In this document: one piece after another, positions 1 through 13,223 of the stretch
Numbering within the stretch: the stretch's first letter is position 1
How the letters are laid out: the number at the start of each line of letters is the position of its first letter
NCBI RefSeq assembly: GCF_001194135.2
Contig: NC_069006.1
Span: 11,365,088 to 11,429,087, forward strand
Reading direction: 5' to 3'
Source: Octopus bimaculoides
Taxonomy: Eukaryota
DNA length: 64,000 bases
Notes under the pieces: generated by a model
What the model was told of the DNA's origin: nothing
Database searches by the model: none
What the model saw: the letters and a program-made list of their open reading frames with translations, nothing else
Program-made: the position numbers and the translations under genes

Positions 1-134
1 TGTGTAAATTCGGTGTGTTGCATATATATACACGGTGTGTATATATATATATATAACTGTCCAATGAACGGGAACATGAAACTCGGAGTAACAGTTTTTT
101 TTGTTATATTTCTGCTGCTTTTAAATAAAGTGTG

Positions 135-170
<36 letters not shown>

Positions 171-3100
171 CATACACAATAAATGAAAAAATGTATGATA
201 AATAAACAAACGACATAACATATAATGAATGTAAAAACGAACAGGAGACACAGATCTTCTGTTTGTCTTCCATCCATGTTTACATTCAGTATATGTTATG
301 TCAATTGTTTATTTACCATACATTTTTTAAATNNNNNNNNNNNNNNNNNNNNNNNNNNNNNNNNNNNNNNNNNNNNNNNNNNNNNNNNNNNNNNNNNNNN
401 NNNNNNNNNNNNNNNNNNNNNNNNNNNNNNNNNNNNNNNNNNNNNNNNNNNNNNNNNNNNNNNNNNNNNNNNNNNNNNNNNNNNNNNNNNNNNNNNNNNN
501 NNNNNNNNNNNNNNNNNNNNNNNNNNNNNNNNNNNNNNNNNNNNNNNNNNNNNNNNNNNNNNNNNNNNNNNNNNNNNNNNNNNNNNNNNNNNNNNNNNNN
601 NNNNNNNNNNNNNNNNNNNNNNNNNNNNNNNNNNNNNNNNNNNNNNNNNNNNNNNNNNNNNNNNNNNNNNNNNNNNNNNNNNNNNNNNNNNNNNNNNNNN
701 NNNNNNNNNNNNNNNNNNNNNNNNNNNNNNNNNNNNNNNNNNNNNNNNNNNNNNNNNNNNNNNNNNNNNNNNNNNNNNNNNNNNNNNNNNNNNNNNNNNN
801 NNNNNNNNNNNNNNNNNNNNNNNNNNNNNNNNNNNNNNNNNNNNNNNNNNNNNNNNNNNNNNNNNNNNNNNNNNNNNNNNNNNNNNNNNNNNNNNNNNNN
901 NNNNNNNNNNNNNNNNNNNNNNNNNNNNNNNNNNNNNNNNNNNNNNNNNNNNNNNNNNNNNNNNNNNNNNNNNNNNNNNNNNNNNNNNNNNNNNNNNNNN
1001 NNNNNNNNNNNNNNNNNNNNNNNNNNNNNNNNNNNNNNNNNNNNNNNNNNNNNNNNNNNNNNNNNNNNNNNNNNNNNNNNNNNNNNNNNNNNNNNNNNNN
1101 NNNNNNNNNNGGTGGAGTGGTAGATAAACAGGACACAAAGACACACACAGATGTGTTTATCATCATCATCATTATTTAGCATCTGCTTACTGTGTTGGCA
1201 TTTGCTAGACAGTTTGACTGGAGCTGGAGAGCTGTACCAGGCTCCAACCTGAATTTGGCTTGGTTTCTACGGCTGGATGCCCTTCCTAGTACCAACCACT
1301 CCAAGACTGTAGTGGGTGCCTTTTACATGTCTCCGGCATGGCCGCCTTTTATGTGCCACTGGTACTGTCCATAATTATGATTTCATTTAGCCTGACTGGC
1401 ACGTAAAAACACCATTCGAGCATGATCATTACCAGCGTCGCCTTACTGGCACTTGTGCTGGTGGCATGTGAAAAATATTCAAGCGAGGTCATTGCCAGTG
1501 CAGGTGGCACGTAAAAGTACCCACTACACTATCGGAGTGGTTGGCATTAGGAAGGGCATCCAGCTCTAGAAACTCTGCCAGATCGGATTGGAGCCTGGTG
1601 CAGCCATCTGTTGCGCCAGTCCTCAGTCATACCGTCCAACCCATGCCAGCATAAAAAGCGGACTTTAAACGATGATGATGATATATATATATATATATAT
1701 ATGTGCACATACACACACGATGGGCTTCTTTCAGTTTCCATTTACTAAATCCACTTACAAGGCTTTGGTTGGCCCTAGGCTATAGTAGAAGACACTTGCC
1801 CAAGGTGCCATGTAGTGGGACTGGACCCAGAAGCATGTGGTTGGGAAGCAAGCTTCTTATGTGTGTATATAAGATTTTAAAAATTACGTAGAACAACGAA
1901 GGACCACATGGAAAAATCACACACAAGACATGGGCATGCTCTTCCCTCATCAGTTATCATCCAGATATCAGAACAATTTCATGTCTTTTACAATAAAGGC
2001 ATCAACAGCAAAAAGATGTTGGGAATAAATGAGTGAACGTAGAGGACAGTACCAAGAATGAACAAGCAATAAACGGACAACGGAATAAGACAAGACGTAA
2101 TAGAGAACTACTCAGTTAGTTGGTACATATAAAATATGTGGCTGGTGCCAGTGTCATATAACTGGCACTTATGCCAGTGGCACATAAAAAGCACCCATTA
2201 CACTCTTGGAGTGGTTGGCGTCAGGAAGAGCATCCAGCTGTAGAAAACATGCCAAATCAAACTGGAACCTGGTGCAGCTTACCAGTTTTAGTCAAACCGT
2301 CTAACCCATGCCTGCATGGAAAGCAGATGCTAAATGTTGATGATGATGATGATACAAATAAAGGCCTTATTGCTACACGCACGCACGCACGCACACACAC
2401 TGTATTTGATGTCATATAAAGCATATCTTTTCCAATATGATATCTAAAATAATCACCCTGGGTCCTAAAATGCAAAGTTGAGCTTCCCAAAAACTTGGTT
2501 GTACTAAAATCTTTTTTCTTCTGAATATGCTCTGCTGAAATTAGAGATTGCTTAACTCTTTAGCACTCTGATTACTCTATGAAATACAATGCTTATTTAT
2601 TCATATTGATTTGAATTAATCATGTATTATTTAAAGTGCTGATCACTTAACCCTTTCATTACTGTATTTATTTTGAGATGCTCTGTGTTTCTTTCAATTA
2701 CTTTAAATATAAGAAAGAATTTAGTAAAATAACTTAGTTATCATTCAGCTAGTGTTAGGAACATAAATTGTGACTAAGGTTTGGTGGAAGATTTTAATTC
2801 AAAACTTATGAAGACAAGACATTTGTACTACAGAGCCAGAGGTGGTTTCTGCCAGGTTGGTAACGAAAGGGTTAATTTAGATCACTTTAACCCTTTTGTT
2901 ACTATATTCCTGTTGAGATGCTCTGTGTTTCTCTCAATTACTTTNNNNNNNNNNNNNNNNNNNNNNNNNNNNNNNNNNNNNNNNNNNNNNNNNNNNNNNN
3001 NNNNNNNNNNNNNNNNNNNNNNNNNNNNNNNNNNNNNNNNNNNNNNNNNNNNNNNNNNNNNNNNNNNNNNNNNNNNNNNNNNNNNNNNNNNNNNNNNNNN

Positions 3101-4862
3101 NNNNNNNNNNNNNNNNNNNNNNNNNNNNNNNNNNNNNNNNNNNNNNNNNNNNNNNNNNNNNNNNNNNNNNNNNNNNNNNNNNNNNNNNNNNNNNNNNNNN
3201 NNNNNNNNNNNNNNNNNNNNNNNNNNNNNNNNNNNNNNNNNNNNNNNNNNNNNNNNNNNNNNNNNNNNNNNNNNNNNNNNNNNNNNNNNNNNNNNNNNNN
3301 NNNNNNNNNNNNNNNNNNNNNNNNNNNNNNNNNNNNNNNNNNNNNNNNNNNNNNNNNNNNNNNNNNNNNNNNNNNNNNNNNNNNNNNNNNNNNNNNNNNN
3401 NNNNNNNNNNNNNNNNNNNNNNNNNNNNNNNNNNNNNNNNNNNNNNNNNNNNNNNNNNNNNNNNNNNNNNNNNNNNNNNNNNNNNNNNNNNNNNNNNNNN
3501 NNNNCATGCTGGTGCCATGTTAAAGGTTCTAGTGCCACAGAAAAAGCACCCACTGCACTTTGTAATGTGGTTGATGTTAGGAAGGGCATCTAACCATAGA
3601 AACCTAGCCTGAACAGATAATGGACCCTTGTGTGACCCCCCCCTTCCCTCCCAGCCTTACTAGCTCCTTTCAATCTGTCCAACCATTTACCAGCATGGAC
3701 AATGGACGTTAAATGATGATGATGATATCTTGTAGCTTTGAGATTTCAGTAATGTGGTTGTTTGTTTTAGAATGACTTTGAAGTGTAGGTGTAAGAGGTC
3801 AGATCTGGCCAGTATGAACATAAAACAGGTCAAATATTTGGGCTGGCTATGGCCAGTTTGAATATTATAGGGTTAGCGTGCTTGTGTGTCTTTTAAGCCA
3901 TGAAATATGATATATCAGTAAATGCATTGTGCAATGTGGCCCTCCTGTCTTAAGTTACAGGAACATAAACAAACCAACACTGGTTGTCAAGTGGTGGTGG
4001 GGAATAAACACACATACACACACGTGTGTATGTGTATATGTGATGGGCTTCTTTCAATTTCCATCTACCAACTCTACTCAAGGCTTTGTTCAGCCCAGGT
4101 CTGTAGTAGAAGGCACTTGCCTAAGGTGCCATGCAATGGCACTGAACTCAGAACCATGTGGCTGGAAAGCTAGCTCTTTATCACACAACCACACTTGCAC
4201 CCATGTGATATTTTTGGTGGTGAGCCAAACATCTACCCTCTATGTGTGTGTGTGTGTGTGTGTGTGTCTCTAGTCACGATCAAGTCTTTTCACCTCTACA
4301 ACCCTTATTCACTGCCAGACCTAGATATTTTTAGTCATGAGCAGGACATTCATGAGTCAGCCTAAGTATGGATTTGTTGTTCCAAGATTAAGGATCTTCA
4401 AAAAAGAATGAGTTATTTGTTTTTCCTGTGATGTTTGTTGAGATCCACTTAAAGTATACTTTGAATAGAACAATGAACTCTTCAGCTGTGCTGGAGAGCT
4501 TTCACTGAGTCAACAGCAGAAAATGAATGCTGGCACTGGTGGTGTTGGTGCAGTTCTTTGGCACCTACATGGAGCAGGGCTAGACATTGTATTGAAGACT
4601 TCCACTGGTTCTGAATTTTTACTCTCTTGATAGCTGACTCTCTTCAGATTTGTTCTGGCTCTCCATACAAATGATCTTGTTTTAAGGTGTTTGTATCCAT
4701 TGCATTAAAATGCTAACAATACATTCCTGTGGTGTAAAAAATTTGTCATGCTGTGGAAAAGAGATGGTGAAAGTAAGCGTTCAATAGAGTGTGAAAGAGA
4801 GAGAGAGAGTCATGAATGACAAAGCTGATGTTAATAGGGAAAGCATGAGAATTGTTTGTTAA

Positions 4863-5139
4863 CCCTTTACCTCCCATAATTCTATTAACTGGAATTTTTT
4901 TATGAAACTTTGATTTCTAGCATAAAACAGCCTCAGAAACACGCTGGAATGATCAAAATAACATTTAAAATAGAAATAAGTGAAATATTGGGTGAAAAAT
5001 TAGCAAACCTCATTTGAATATCAGAGAAATATACCTAGTAGATATAGCAAAAAGGTTAGATATGTGTAAATATTGACAGATAATTACGAAATTTGTAATT
5101 TTTAAGTGATCTCATATGAGATCACTGGTAGGTAATGGG
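4863..5139. mobile_element. TTAA-flanked (piggyBac-type) MITE
   Basis: TTAA-ccctttacct ... aggtaatggg-TTAA. Confidence 0.65.
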
Positions 5140-5864
5140 TTAATCAAGAAAGGAGGCAAAATATGAATGATAGTGATAAGCAAGAATATTTTACACNNNN
5201 NNNNNNNNNNNNNNNNNNNNNNNNNNNNNNNNNNNNNNNNNNNNNNNNNNNNNNNNNNNNNNNNNNNNNNNNNNNNNNNNNNNNNNNNNNNNNNNNNNNN
5301 NNNNNNNNNNNNNNNNNNNNNNNNNNNNNNNNNNNNNNNNNNNNNNNNNNNNNNNNNNNNNNNNNNNNNNNNNNNNNNNNNNNNNNNNNNNNNNNNNNNN
5401 NNNNNNNNNNNNNNNNNNNNNNNNNNNNNNNNNNNNNNNNNNNNNNNNNNNNGCCCTTCTTTGATGCTAACACTAATTTTTTCCCCCATTAAGAAAATGT
5501 CTAGCAACTTGGCAGTTTCACGTGGAATAAAATACTTTAGTTGGAAACAAGAAAGGTTGGCTTCAGGAAGGGCATCATCTAGCCATAGAATACAATCTCA
5601 AAGACACTAGTTCAACAGAGAGAGAAGCTGACTCACAAATGACTGAGGAGGACATTTAAACTGCACCCATTTCCCCCTCCCCCCTGTCATGCAGGGTTGA
5701 AGTCTGCTAGAATATCTCTACACAGTCTATAGCTAGAGTCCAAATAGATCCTTGATCCTCCCCAGCATCCTTCCGAGTAGGTCTGCATCTATCAAGATGA
5801 TACAGGATGGTACACAAAAAAACTTGCCAAGGTTCCATTGCATGGTGCAAATACAAAAATATAT

Positions 5865-6660
5865 TTATTCATTTGTTCTTGTCATCCACTTTTAATGGCT
5901 GTTCACATGTGAAATGATATGGTTTTAACTTTAGACTTTTCAATATGCATTGGTCTGACCTCCTGCTTATGTGAGACTGCTGTGTCAATTTACATGTTGA
6001 CATCTTTGGACTTGGAGTAATTCTTTGGTGAATGTTCTGAATAACTTCTGGTATTTGAACTGTAAAGTGTTTTAGTTTTAGGGTGCTGTGCACTGACCCC
6101 ATAATGCACCACTTCTTAACCAACATTTGTATCATTCTCTTTGCCAGTAAGTCTTTACCTGGAAACTTGACATTAAAAATTTCACACATTTGCTTAACAA
6201 AACCCGTTCTCACATACGCTTCCACAATCTCCACTCTTTCCACTATTGGATGCATCATCTTGCAGGAAAGGCAAGAGATGTTCATTCAATGCAATCTTAC
6301 AGTCAACTAATGTGGTGAGGATGTATGGAGGATAACATTGCAAACAGTCAGTTAGTACATCATCTTTGTTCAACAGTTACAAGTGGTCAAAATAACATAA
6401 TGACACTTGCAAACAAAAGGCTGGGTGCTTTTTTTGCATGTAAATTTATTTCTGTATTTATACTACGCTATGGCACTTGGGCTACTATTTCTTGTGCTAT
6501 CTTGTACAAGTAGAAATAGCAGCTCCTTGATACTCTATGTCAGTTATAGAAAGGCTATGATATTATACCGTGTCATCCTATTGGTGTTGACTTAATGATG
6601 GTCTTTATATCAGGTGTAGGGTAGCGCTGCTGCTGTTGGTTATGTTTTGGCAGATGTAGG
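5865..6660 (-). mobile_element. Mariner/Tc1-superfamily transposase 5' relic (N-terminal HTH region)
   Basis: ORF 5869-6285: ERVEIVEAYVRTG...FNVKFPG...LVKKW...GSV...SPKMST..L.QQ..IS....ILK.LKLKPYH, typical of mariner-like N-termini. Boundaries approximate. Confidence 0.75.
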
Positions 6661-6889
6661 TTAACCATGATTGAGGAGTACATCATGGCTGTAAAAGAGC
6701 TTCATTGTCGCATAAGCGGTGTTGTTCATTTCTGGCCTTCCTTGAAAAACATTTTGCCATGCGAAAATATCTTGCTTGGAAACAGGTGAGGGTTGGAGCA
6801 TCCCAGCCATAGAGAATCTGTCTCGGCTAATTCTGTCTGACCCATGCAAATAATGATAATAATAATAATAATAATAATGTCAACAAAAA

Positions 6890-7065
6890 AAATACCTTAG
6901 GAATAAGAACCCAGGGTTGGGTTCAAAAGCCTACCAGAACACCTGATGAAGGCTGGGGAGTAAATCAGCCGAAACATTGTGGTAACAACAAACAAGATGA
7001 GGACACATATCCGTCCAATATAAATAATGTATAGAATTCCTCATCTCTAAAATATAGAACGATAG
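6890..7065 (+). mobile_element. Penelope-like terminal fragment with hammerhead-like motif
   Basis: cCTGATGAaggctg-gggagtaaat-cagccGAAAc motif in a repeat following (TAA)n. The PLE assignment is inferred from the motif. Confidence 0.55.
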
Positions 7066-7968
7066 AAAACTACCTACGGATAAGGTAGGGAGAAATCAAG
7101 AAGCCATCAAAGCAGCACATACTTAGTTACTTGACGAGGTGGAAGCATAGTTACGTAATTCAAAAGCCTGTTCCCCAAATAATGGTCCCAGGTTTGGTCC
7201 TACTACACTACTACAGCAACACCTTGGGCATGTGTCTTCTATTTTAGCCCCGAACCAACCAAAGCCTTATAAGTGGATTTGGTAGATGAAAACTGAAAGA
7301 AACACATTATATANNNNNNNNNNNNNNNNNNNNNNNNNNNNNNNNNNNNNNNNNNNNNNNNNNNNNNNNNNNNNNNNNNNNNNNNNNNNNNNNNNNNNNN
7401 NNNNNNNNNNNNNNNNNNNNNNNNNNNNNNNNNNNNNTTGTGTGTACTCTTGTCTAGACATAACATGATGATTTTGAATGAGCATCATCATCATCATCAT
7501 CATATAAATGATAAAACATTTCTGGCCAAAGAGTAATATTCCTTTTTGTTATAAGCACAAAGCCTGAAATTTCAGAGTGGAGTGGTGGTGGTAGGTGGGT
7601 GGGTGGGGGACAGTCGATCAAATTGACTCCAGTACGCAACTGGTACTTAATTTGTCGACCCTGAAAGGATGAAAGGCAAAGTTGGCCTCTGTAGATTCTG
7701 CCAGGTCACCACCTTGGCCAAGGGGTAATATTACCTTGCTTGGAAAAGAGGAGAGAATTGGCAGCAGGAAGGGCATCCAGCCGTAGAAAATTTGCCTCAA
7801 CAATTTCCATCTGGCTCATGCAAGCATGGAAACGTGGATGTTAGATAGTGGTATTGGTGGTTATCCATGATCAAGTCAACCAGTGAGAGAGTACTTACCC
7901 AGGTACTCAACATGCTAGAAACAGTAATCAGATCTCTCTCTCTCTCAAATCATACCCTACTGTCTTAA

Positions 7969-8188
7969 CTCTTTAGCATTTAAACTGGCTACACCAGGCC
8001 CAAAAACCCTACTGGTTTTATGTTCAAACTGGCCAGATCCAACCTCTTGCACCTACCCTACAATGTCATTTTAAAAATAAAACAATCTCATCATTGAAAT
8101 CTCAAAGCTTATGAGATAATGCCTGATTAATTGGAAACAATGTGAATGAATAAGGATTACATTTGACAATAATCTCAATGCTAAAAGG
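7969..8188. mobile_element. TTAA-flanked MITE family (ccctttagcatt...aatgctaaaggg); further copies near 20600-21734, 33350-33740, 51680-51895 and 55299-55517
   Basis: TTAA flanks, short TIRs and a shared interior across copies. Some copies are in tandem sharing one TTAA. Confidence 0.78.
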
Positions 8189-8347
8189 TTAAGAAGCCAG
8201 CATTAGACAATATATAGTCCAAGGCCTCACTCTGTGCTGTTGTCTCAGCCTCCCCTTCCTCCATCTCTGTGTAAGTACTCCTCCTCTTCCTCCTCTATCA
8301 TGCACCAGTATCTCACCTGTTGTCTTTCTCTCTCTATCTCTCTCTAG

Positions 8348-8425
8348 CCCAGAACCCACAGCAGCAGGTTCCCACAGAAGCTGTCACACCTGGCACTGGT
8401 ATAGACCTGGAATATGAAACAGATG
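8348..8425 (+). CDS. CSTF1: CstF-50 coding exon (first one found; internal, phase 1/1): AQNPQQQVPTEAVTPGTGIDLEYETD
   Basis: (CT)n-tag acceptor and G|GTAAGT donor. Peptide matches the recalled human CSTF1 segment VAPGTGIDLEFDAD. Confidence 0.9.
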
Positions 8426-8455
8426 GTAAGTACACTCACACACATCTCTCTTCCA

Positions 8456-8460
<5 letters not shown>

Positions 8461-8524
<64 letters not shown>
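8461..8524. repeat. (CT)n microsatellite; representative of dozens of (AT)n, (CA)n, (CT)n, (CAT)n and (TAT)n tracts in the window
   Basis: Direct reading. Confidence 0.95.
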
Positions 8525-8526
<2 letters not shown>

Positions 8527-8956
8527 GTTGTTTCTTTCTCGTTTTCCTCTTTCCTCAGATGTAAATGTGTACCAGCAGGAATATATATTTATAGACGGAT
8601 AGATTGACATTGACAGATATACCTCTCTCTTGCTCTGTAATGTATGTGTTTGTGTGTGTGTATATATATTTAAGTATATACATGATGTGATCACATGACC
8701 AACCAGACTATCAGATGTTGTTACACATCGCTGGTCACAATGTGCTTTTGCATAGTTTTAGCTTTCAAATGACGCCACCCTTGCTGCCAAGGCAAGCAAA
8801 CCAACATTTCCCCCCCAGATTGAAAGTGATGACAGGAACCATGTGAAATGACGTGTTTTGCTCAAAAACACAGCACACTGCCTGGTCTGAGAATTGATCC
8901 CACAATCTAGAGACAGTGAGTGCAACAGCCTACTCACTAGGCCACACACCTTTACA

Positions 8957-9011
<55 letters not shown>

Positions 9012-9014
9012 GTG

Positions 9015-9047
<33 letters not shown>

Positions 9048-9056
9048 TAGCATATA

Positions 9057-9087
<31 letters not shown>

Positions 9088-9309
9088 NNNNNNNNNNNNN
9101 NNNNNNNNNNNNNNNNNNNNNNNNNNNNNNNNNNNNNNNNNNNNNNNNNNNNNNNNNNNNNNNNNNNNNNNNNNNNNNNNNNNNNNNNNNNNNNNNNNNN
9201 NNNNNNNNNNNNNNNNNNNNNNNNNNNNNNNNNNNNNNNNNNNNNNNNNNNNNNNNNNNNNNNNNNNNNNNNNNNNNNNNNNNNNNNNNNNNNNNAAGAA
9301 TTTTCAAAT

Positions 9310-10323
9310 ACAGGAATTGGACAAAATAATGGAGACGCCTAGCATCATAATTTTGAAATAGCTATAAAACCATGAATGTTTTTTTGATTTATTATTAGTA
9401 TTGCTTAATATGTTTTGCTAAAGTAATTAAAATTCATTAAAATGACAGATCTATCAGACTTTAAAAGAGGTCAAATTGTTGGTGCTTATATGGCAGGTGC
9501 TAGCGTAATGAAAACAGCTGAAATGTTTGGTGTATCAAGAAGTACTGTCTCGAAAGAAATGACAGTCTTTGAGAAAGAAGGAGAAACCTCCTCATTGAAA
9601 CAAAACTCCAGAAGAAAACCAAAACTTTCAGATAGGGACCGTCAGATTCTTATGTGAATTGTTAGAAAGGATCACAAAAGTACAGCTCGCAAAATTATTG
9701 CAGAGCTTAATGACCACCTCAAGAACCTAGTTTCCACAAAATCTGTTCGTCAGGAGCTGCACAAAGCTGGATTTCATGGAAGGGCTGCAATCAGAAAACC
9801 ACTACTTTCAAAAACAAATGTTGCAAAGCGTTTAGAGTGCAGTAAAAACCTACAGAATTGGTCCCTAGAGCAGTGGAAGAATGTTATTTTCTCAGATGAG
9901 TCATCCATTACCTTATTTCCAACCACCACCCAAGTATATGTGTGAAGACAGCCAAAAGAAGCATTTGACCCAGACTGCCTTCTTCCAACTGTTAAACATG
10001 GAGGAGGATCTGTGATGATCTGGGGGGCTATATCTTGGAAATCCACCGGCCCAATGGTTCTCCTTCATGGCAGAATTAATAGTGAAGACTATTTATGCAT
10101 TTTATCTGATCAAATTCATCCTATGGTTGCAGAACTGTTTCCAAAGGGAAATGCAATCTTTCAGGATGATAGTGCACCAATTCACACAGCTAAAGTTGTT
10201 ACTGAATGGCACGAGGAACATTCTAGTGAAGTTGAACATCTTATCTGGCCACCACAGTCCCCAGATCTCAATATTGTTGAACATTTATGGTGCATTTTAG
10301 AAAAACAAGTAAGGAGTCGATAT
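9310..10323 (+). mobile_element. Tc1-family (DD34E) transposon relic, 3'-truncated; transposase pseudogene from 9442
   Basis: One colinear frame MTDLSDFKRGQIVG...IFSDES...VKHGGGSVMIWG...FQDDSAPIH...WPPQSPDLNIVEHLW with two in-frame stops. TA-CAGG-type left end; ends at a (CAT)n tract. Confidence 0.93.
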
Positions 10324-10435
10324 CATCACCATCATCACATCATCATCATCATCATCATCATCACTTTTCTGTGCTTGCCAATCATTGCTGTTAAATTTTT
10401 AGTGTAGGTTGTTTTTTTGTTGTCTATTTTTGCAG

Positions 10436-10528
10436 TTCAGACCATCTCTCCTGAAGCTGCTCTCTATGAGACTTGTTATGTCACCGCTCACAAGGCTGCA
10501 TGCCGTGCAGGTGCTTTCCACCATTCTG
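10436..10528 (+). CDS. CSTF1: CstF-50 exon: VQTISPEAALYETCYVTAHKAACRAGAFHHSG
   Basis: tttttgcag acceptor, gtaagt donor, 93 nt in phase. Matches human [32 protein letters not shown]. Confidence 0.95.
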
Positions 10529-10765
10529 GTAAGTCTGCTAGGATTTTGATTTAAGAATCTCACACCTCCACCTCCTCACTATATTAATCGCACCTCCACC
10601 TCTTGGTGACGGATCACCTTTTCTTTCTGGTGACCAATAAGTTTCCACAAATAAAATAAAATGTTTATGTTGTTGTCATTTAACCACAGGCCAGCCCAGA
10701 CCAAGCAGACTTATGATGAAAGACGTTCCTTTCATGACCATTTAAAAAATTTTGTTTAGATCAAG

Positions 10766-11160
10766 GTGCAGGAGTGGCTGTGGTAAGAAGCTTGCTTCCC
10801 AACCACATGGTTCTGGGTTCAGTCCCACTGTGTGGCACCCTGGGTAAGTGTCTTCTACTATAACCTTGGGCTGACTAAAGCCTTGTGAGAGGATTTGGTA
10901 GATGGAAACTGAAAGAAGCCTGTCATATATATATATATATGTATTTTTGTATGTATGTATTTGTGTGTCTGTGTTTGTCCCCCACCATCACTTGAGACTG
11001 ATGTTGGTGTGTTTATATCCCTGTAACTTAGTGGTTCGGCAAAAGAGAATGATAGAATAAGTACTAGGCTTACAAAGTTCTGGGGCCGATTTGTTTGACT
11101 AAAGGCAGTGCTCCAGCATAGCCGCAGTCACATGACGGAAACAACTAAAAAAAATAAAAG
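10766..11160 (+). mobile_element. tRNA-derived SINE (gcaggagtggctgtgtggtaag...cagtcaaatgactgaaac family)
   Basis: Pol III A/B-box-like head (gtgtggtaag; ggttcagtccc) and many near-identical copies in the window. Confidence 0.8.
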
Positions 11161-12540
11161 AATCGAGTTTATCAAACTTTACTGTCTGATAGAAAGAGGC
11201 ACAGCTGTGGAATTAAGAAGTTTGCTTCCCAACCACAAGTTTCCGGGTTCAGTCCCACTGCATGGCACTTTGGGCAAGTATCTTCTTTTATAGCCTCAGG
11301 CTGAACAAATTTTTGAGTAGTATTGGTTGACTAAAACTGAAAGAAGCTCATTGTGGATATGTGTGTGTGTGTGAGAGAGAGAGAGAGCTTGTGTGTGTGT
11401 GTGTGTGTGTGTGAGAGGGAGAGAGAGCTTGAGTATGTTGTGTCTCCTTGTCTTGACTTGTCAGTGAGAATGTGCCATATACTGAAATTACGTGATGTGG
11501 CACATTCTCACTGCCCATAACAGACAGTTCTTGTCTGCTAATGATATGCATACATGTGTGTTCTTAGCACCGTGCATCTGTATGAGAGGTCTTCTCAGAA
11601 CAAATTAACAATACATTCAGGTTAAGTTGCTTACAAAAATTGCCCTCTGGTACTAATACTTTTTCCGTTGCTAATATTTATTTTTTTTTTTTTGTCTTGC
11701 AAGTACTTTGTGACCCTGTCAGTGTAGGTGCCACTTAAAAGCACCCAGTGCACACTGTAAAGTGGTTGGTGTTCGGAAGGGCATCCAGCTGTAAAAACCT
11801 TGCCAAAACAGTCACAGGAGTCTGGTGCAGGCTTCGGCCTGGTTGGCTCTTGTAAAACCATCCCACCCATACTAGCATTAAAACTATAAAGAACAGCATG
11901 TTATATAGGGTTTGAAATTTTCTATCCAATTGGGTATTTTGACTGAATGTTTACATTGCTATTATTTCTAGCTTCAAGATCTTGTATTCAGAAAAAAGAA
12001 TTATTTCTCATTCTCTCGAAAGTTTTTAAAATTCTAAGAGTGTCAACAATATATATATGTGTGTGTATATATATATATATATATATANNNNNNNNNNNNN
12101 NNNNNNNNNNNNNNNNNNNNNNNNNNNNNNNNNNNNNNNNNNNNNNNNNNNNNNNNNNNNNNNNNNNNNNNNNNNNNNNNNNNNNNNNNNNNNNNNNNNN
12201 NNNNNNNNNNNNNNNNNNNNNNNNNNNNNNNNNNNNNNNNNNNNNNNNNNNNNNNNNNNNNNNNNNNNNNNNNNNNNNNNNNNNNNNNNNNNNNNNNNNN
12301 NNNNNNNNNNNNNNNNNNNNNNNNNNNNNNNNNNNNNNNNNNNNNNNNNNNNNNNNNNNNNNNNNNNNNNNNNNNNNNNNNNNNNNNNNNNNNNNNNNNN
12401 NNNNNNNNNNNNNNNNNNNNNNNNNNNNNNNNNNNNNNNNNNNNNNNNNNNNNNNNNNNNNNNNNNNNNNNNNNNNNNNNNNNNNNNNNNNNNNNNNNNN
12501 NNNNNNNNNNNNNNNNNNNNNNNNNNNNNNNNNNNNNNNN

Positions 12541-12905
12541 NGCTTACCAACCTCATGGTTCCGGGTTCAATCCCACTGTGTGTCACCTTGGGCAAGAGTC
12601 TTCTACTATAGATTCGGGCCGACCAAAGCCTTGTGAGTGGATTTGGTAGACAGAAACTGAAAGAAGCCCGTTGTATATGTATATATATTTGTGTGTGTTT
12701 GTGTATCTGTGTTTGTCCCCCCAACATAGCTTGACAACCGATGCTGGTGTGTTTATGTCCCCGTAACCTAGCAGTTTGGCAAAAGAGACTGATAGAATAA
12801 GTACTAGGCTTACAAAGAATAAGTCCTGAGCTCAATTTCTTCGACTAAAGACGGTGCTCCAGCATGGCCACAGTCAAATGACTGAAACAAATAAAGAGAG
12901 AGTAA
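12541..12905 (+). mobile_element. SINE, same family (5' end in gap)
   Basis: Matches the other copies. Confidence 0.75.
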
Positions 12906-13096
12906 AGAGTATTAATAATATCACTTCTGGCAGTTCATATATTTTTATTCTAAAAATCACATGGTGCTGTATTTCGTGACCTGATTGGTGCTAGTTGGTA
13001 GTGATGGCAAATATATTTAGTTTTAAAAAAATGATTTGTGAGGGGGTGTTGTTTTTTTTTTTTGTTTCCAATTTAAGAATATTTTTGTTGTTGCAG

Positions 13097-13137
13097 GTCA
13101 ACTGATAGCCACAGGATCAGAGGATGCTTCCATTAAG
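13097..13137 (+). CDS. CSTF1: CstF-50 small exon (41 nt): QLIATGSEDASIK
   Basis: ttgcag acceptor and AAG|gtaaag donor. Matches human QLIATGSADASIK. Confidence 0.95.
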
Positions 13138-13223
13138 GTAAAGAAACTTGCTGGAGTTTTCTGAAACCTATCTATGTTGTTATCATCATCATTTAATGTG
13201 CATATGGATATATATATATATAT

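Noticed and set aside
1-8347. Search for the CSTF1 start codon and N-terminal dimerisation-domain exon(s)
   Set aside because: No segment resembling LYKLIISQLLYDG was found; candidate acceptors near 5694 and 8558 lead to stops. The exon is probably upstream or inside a gap.
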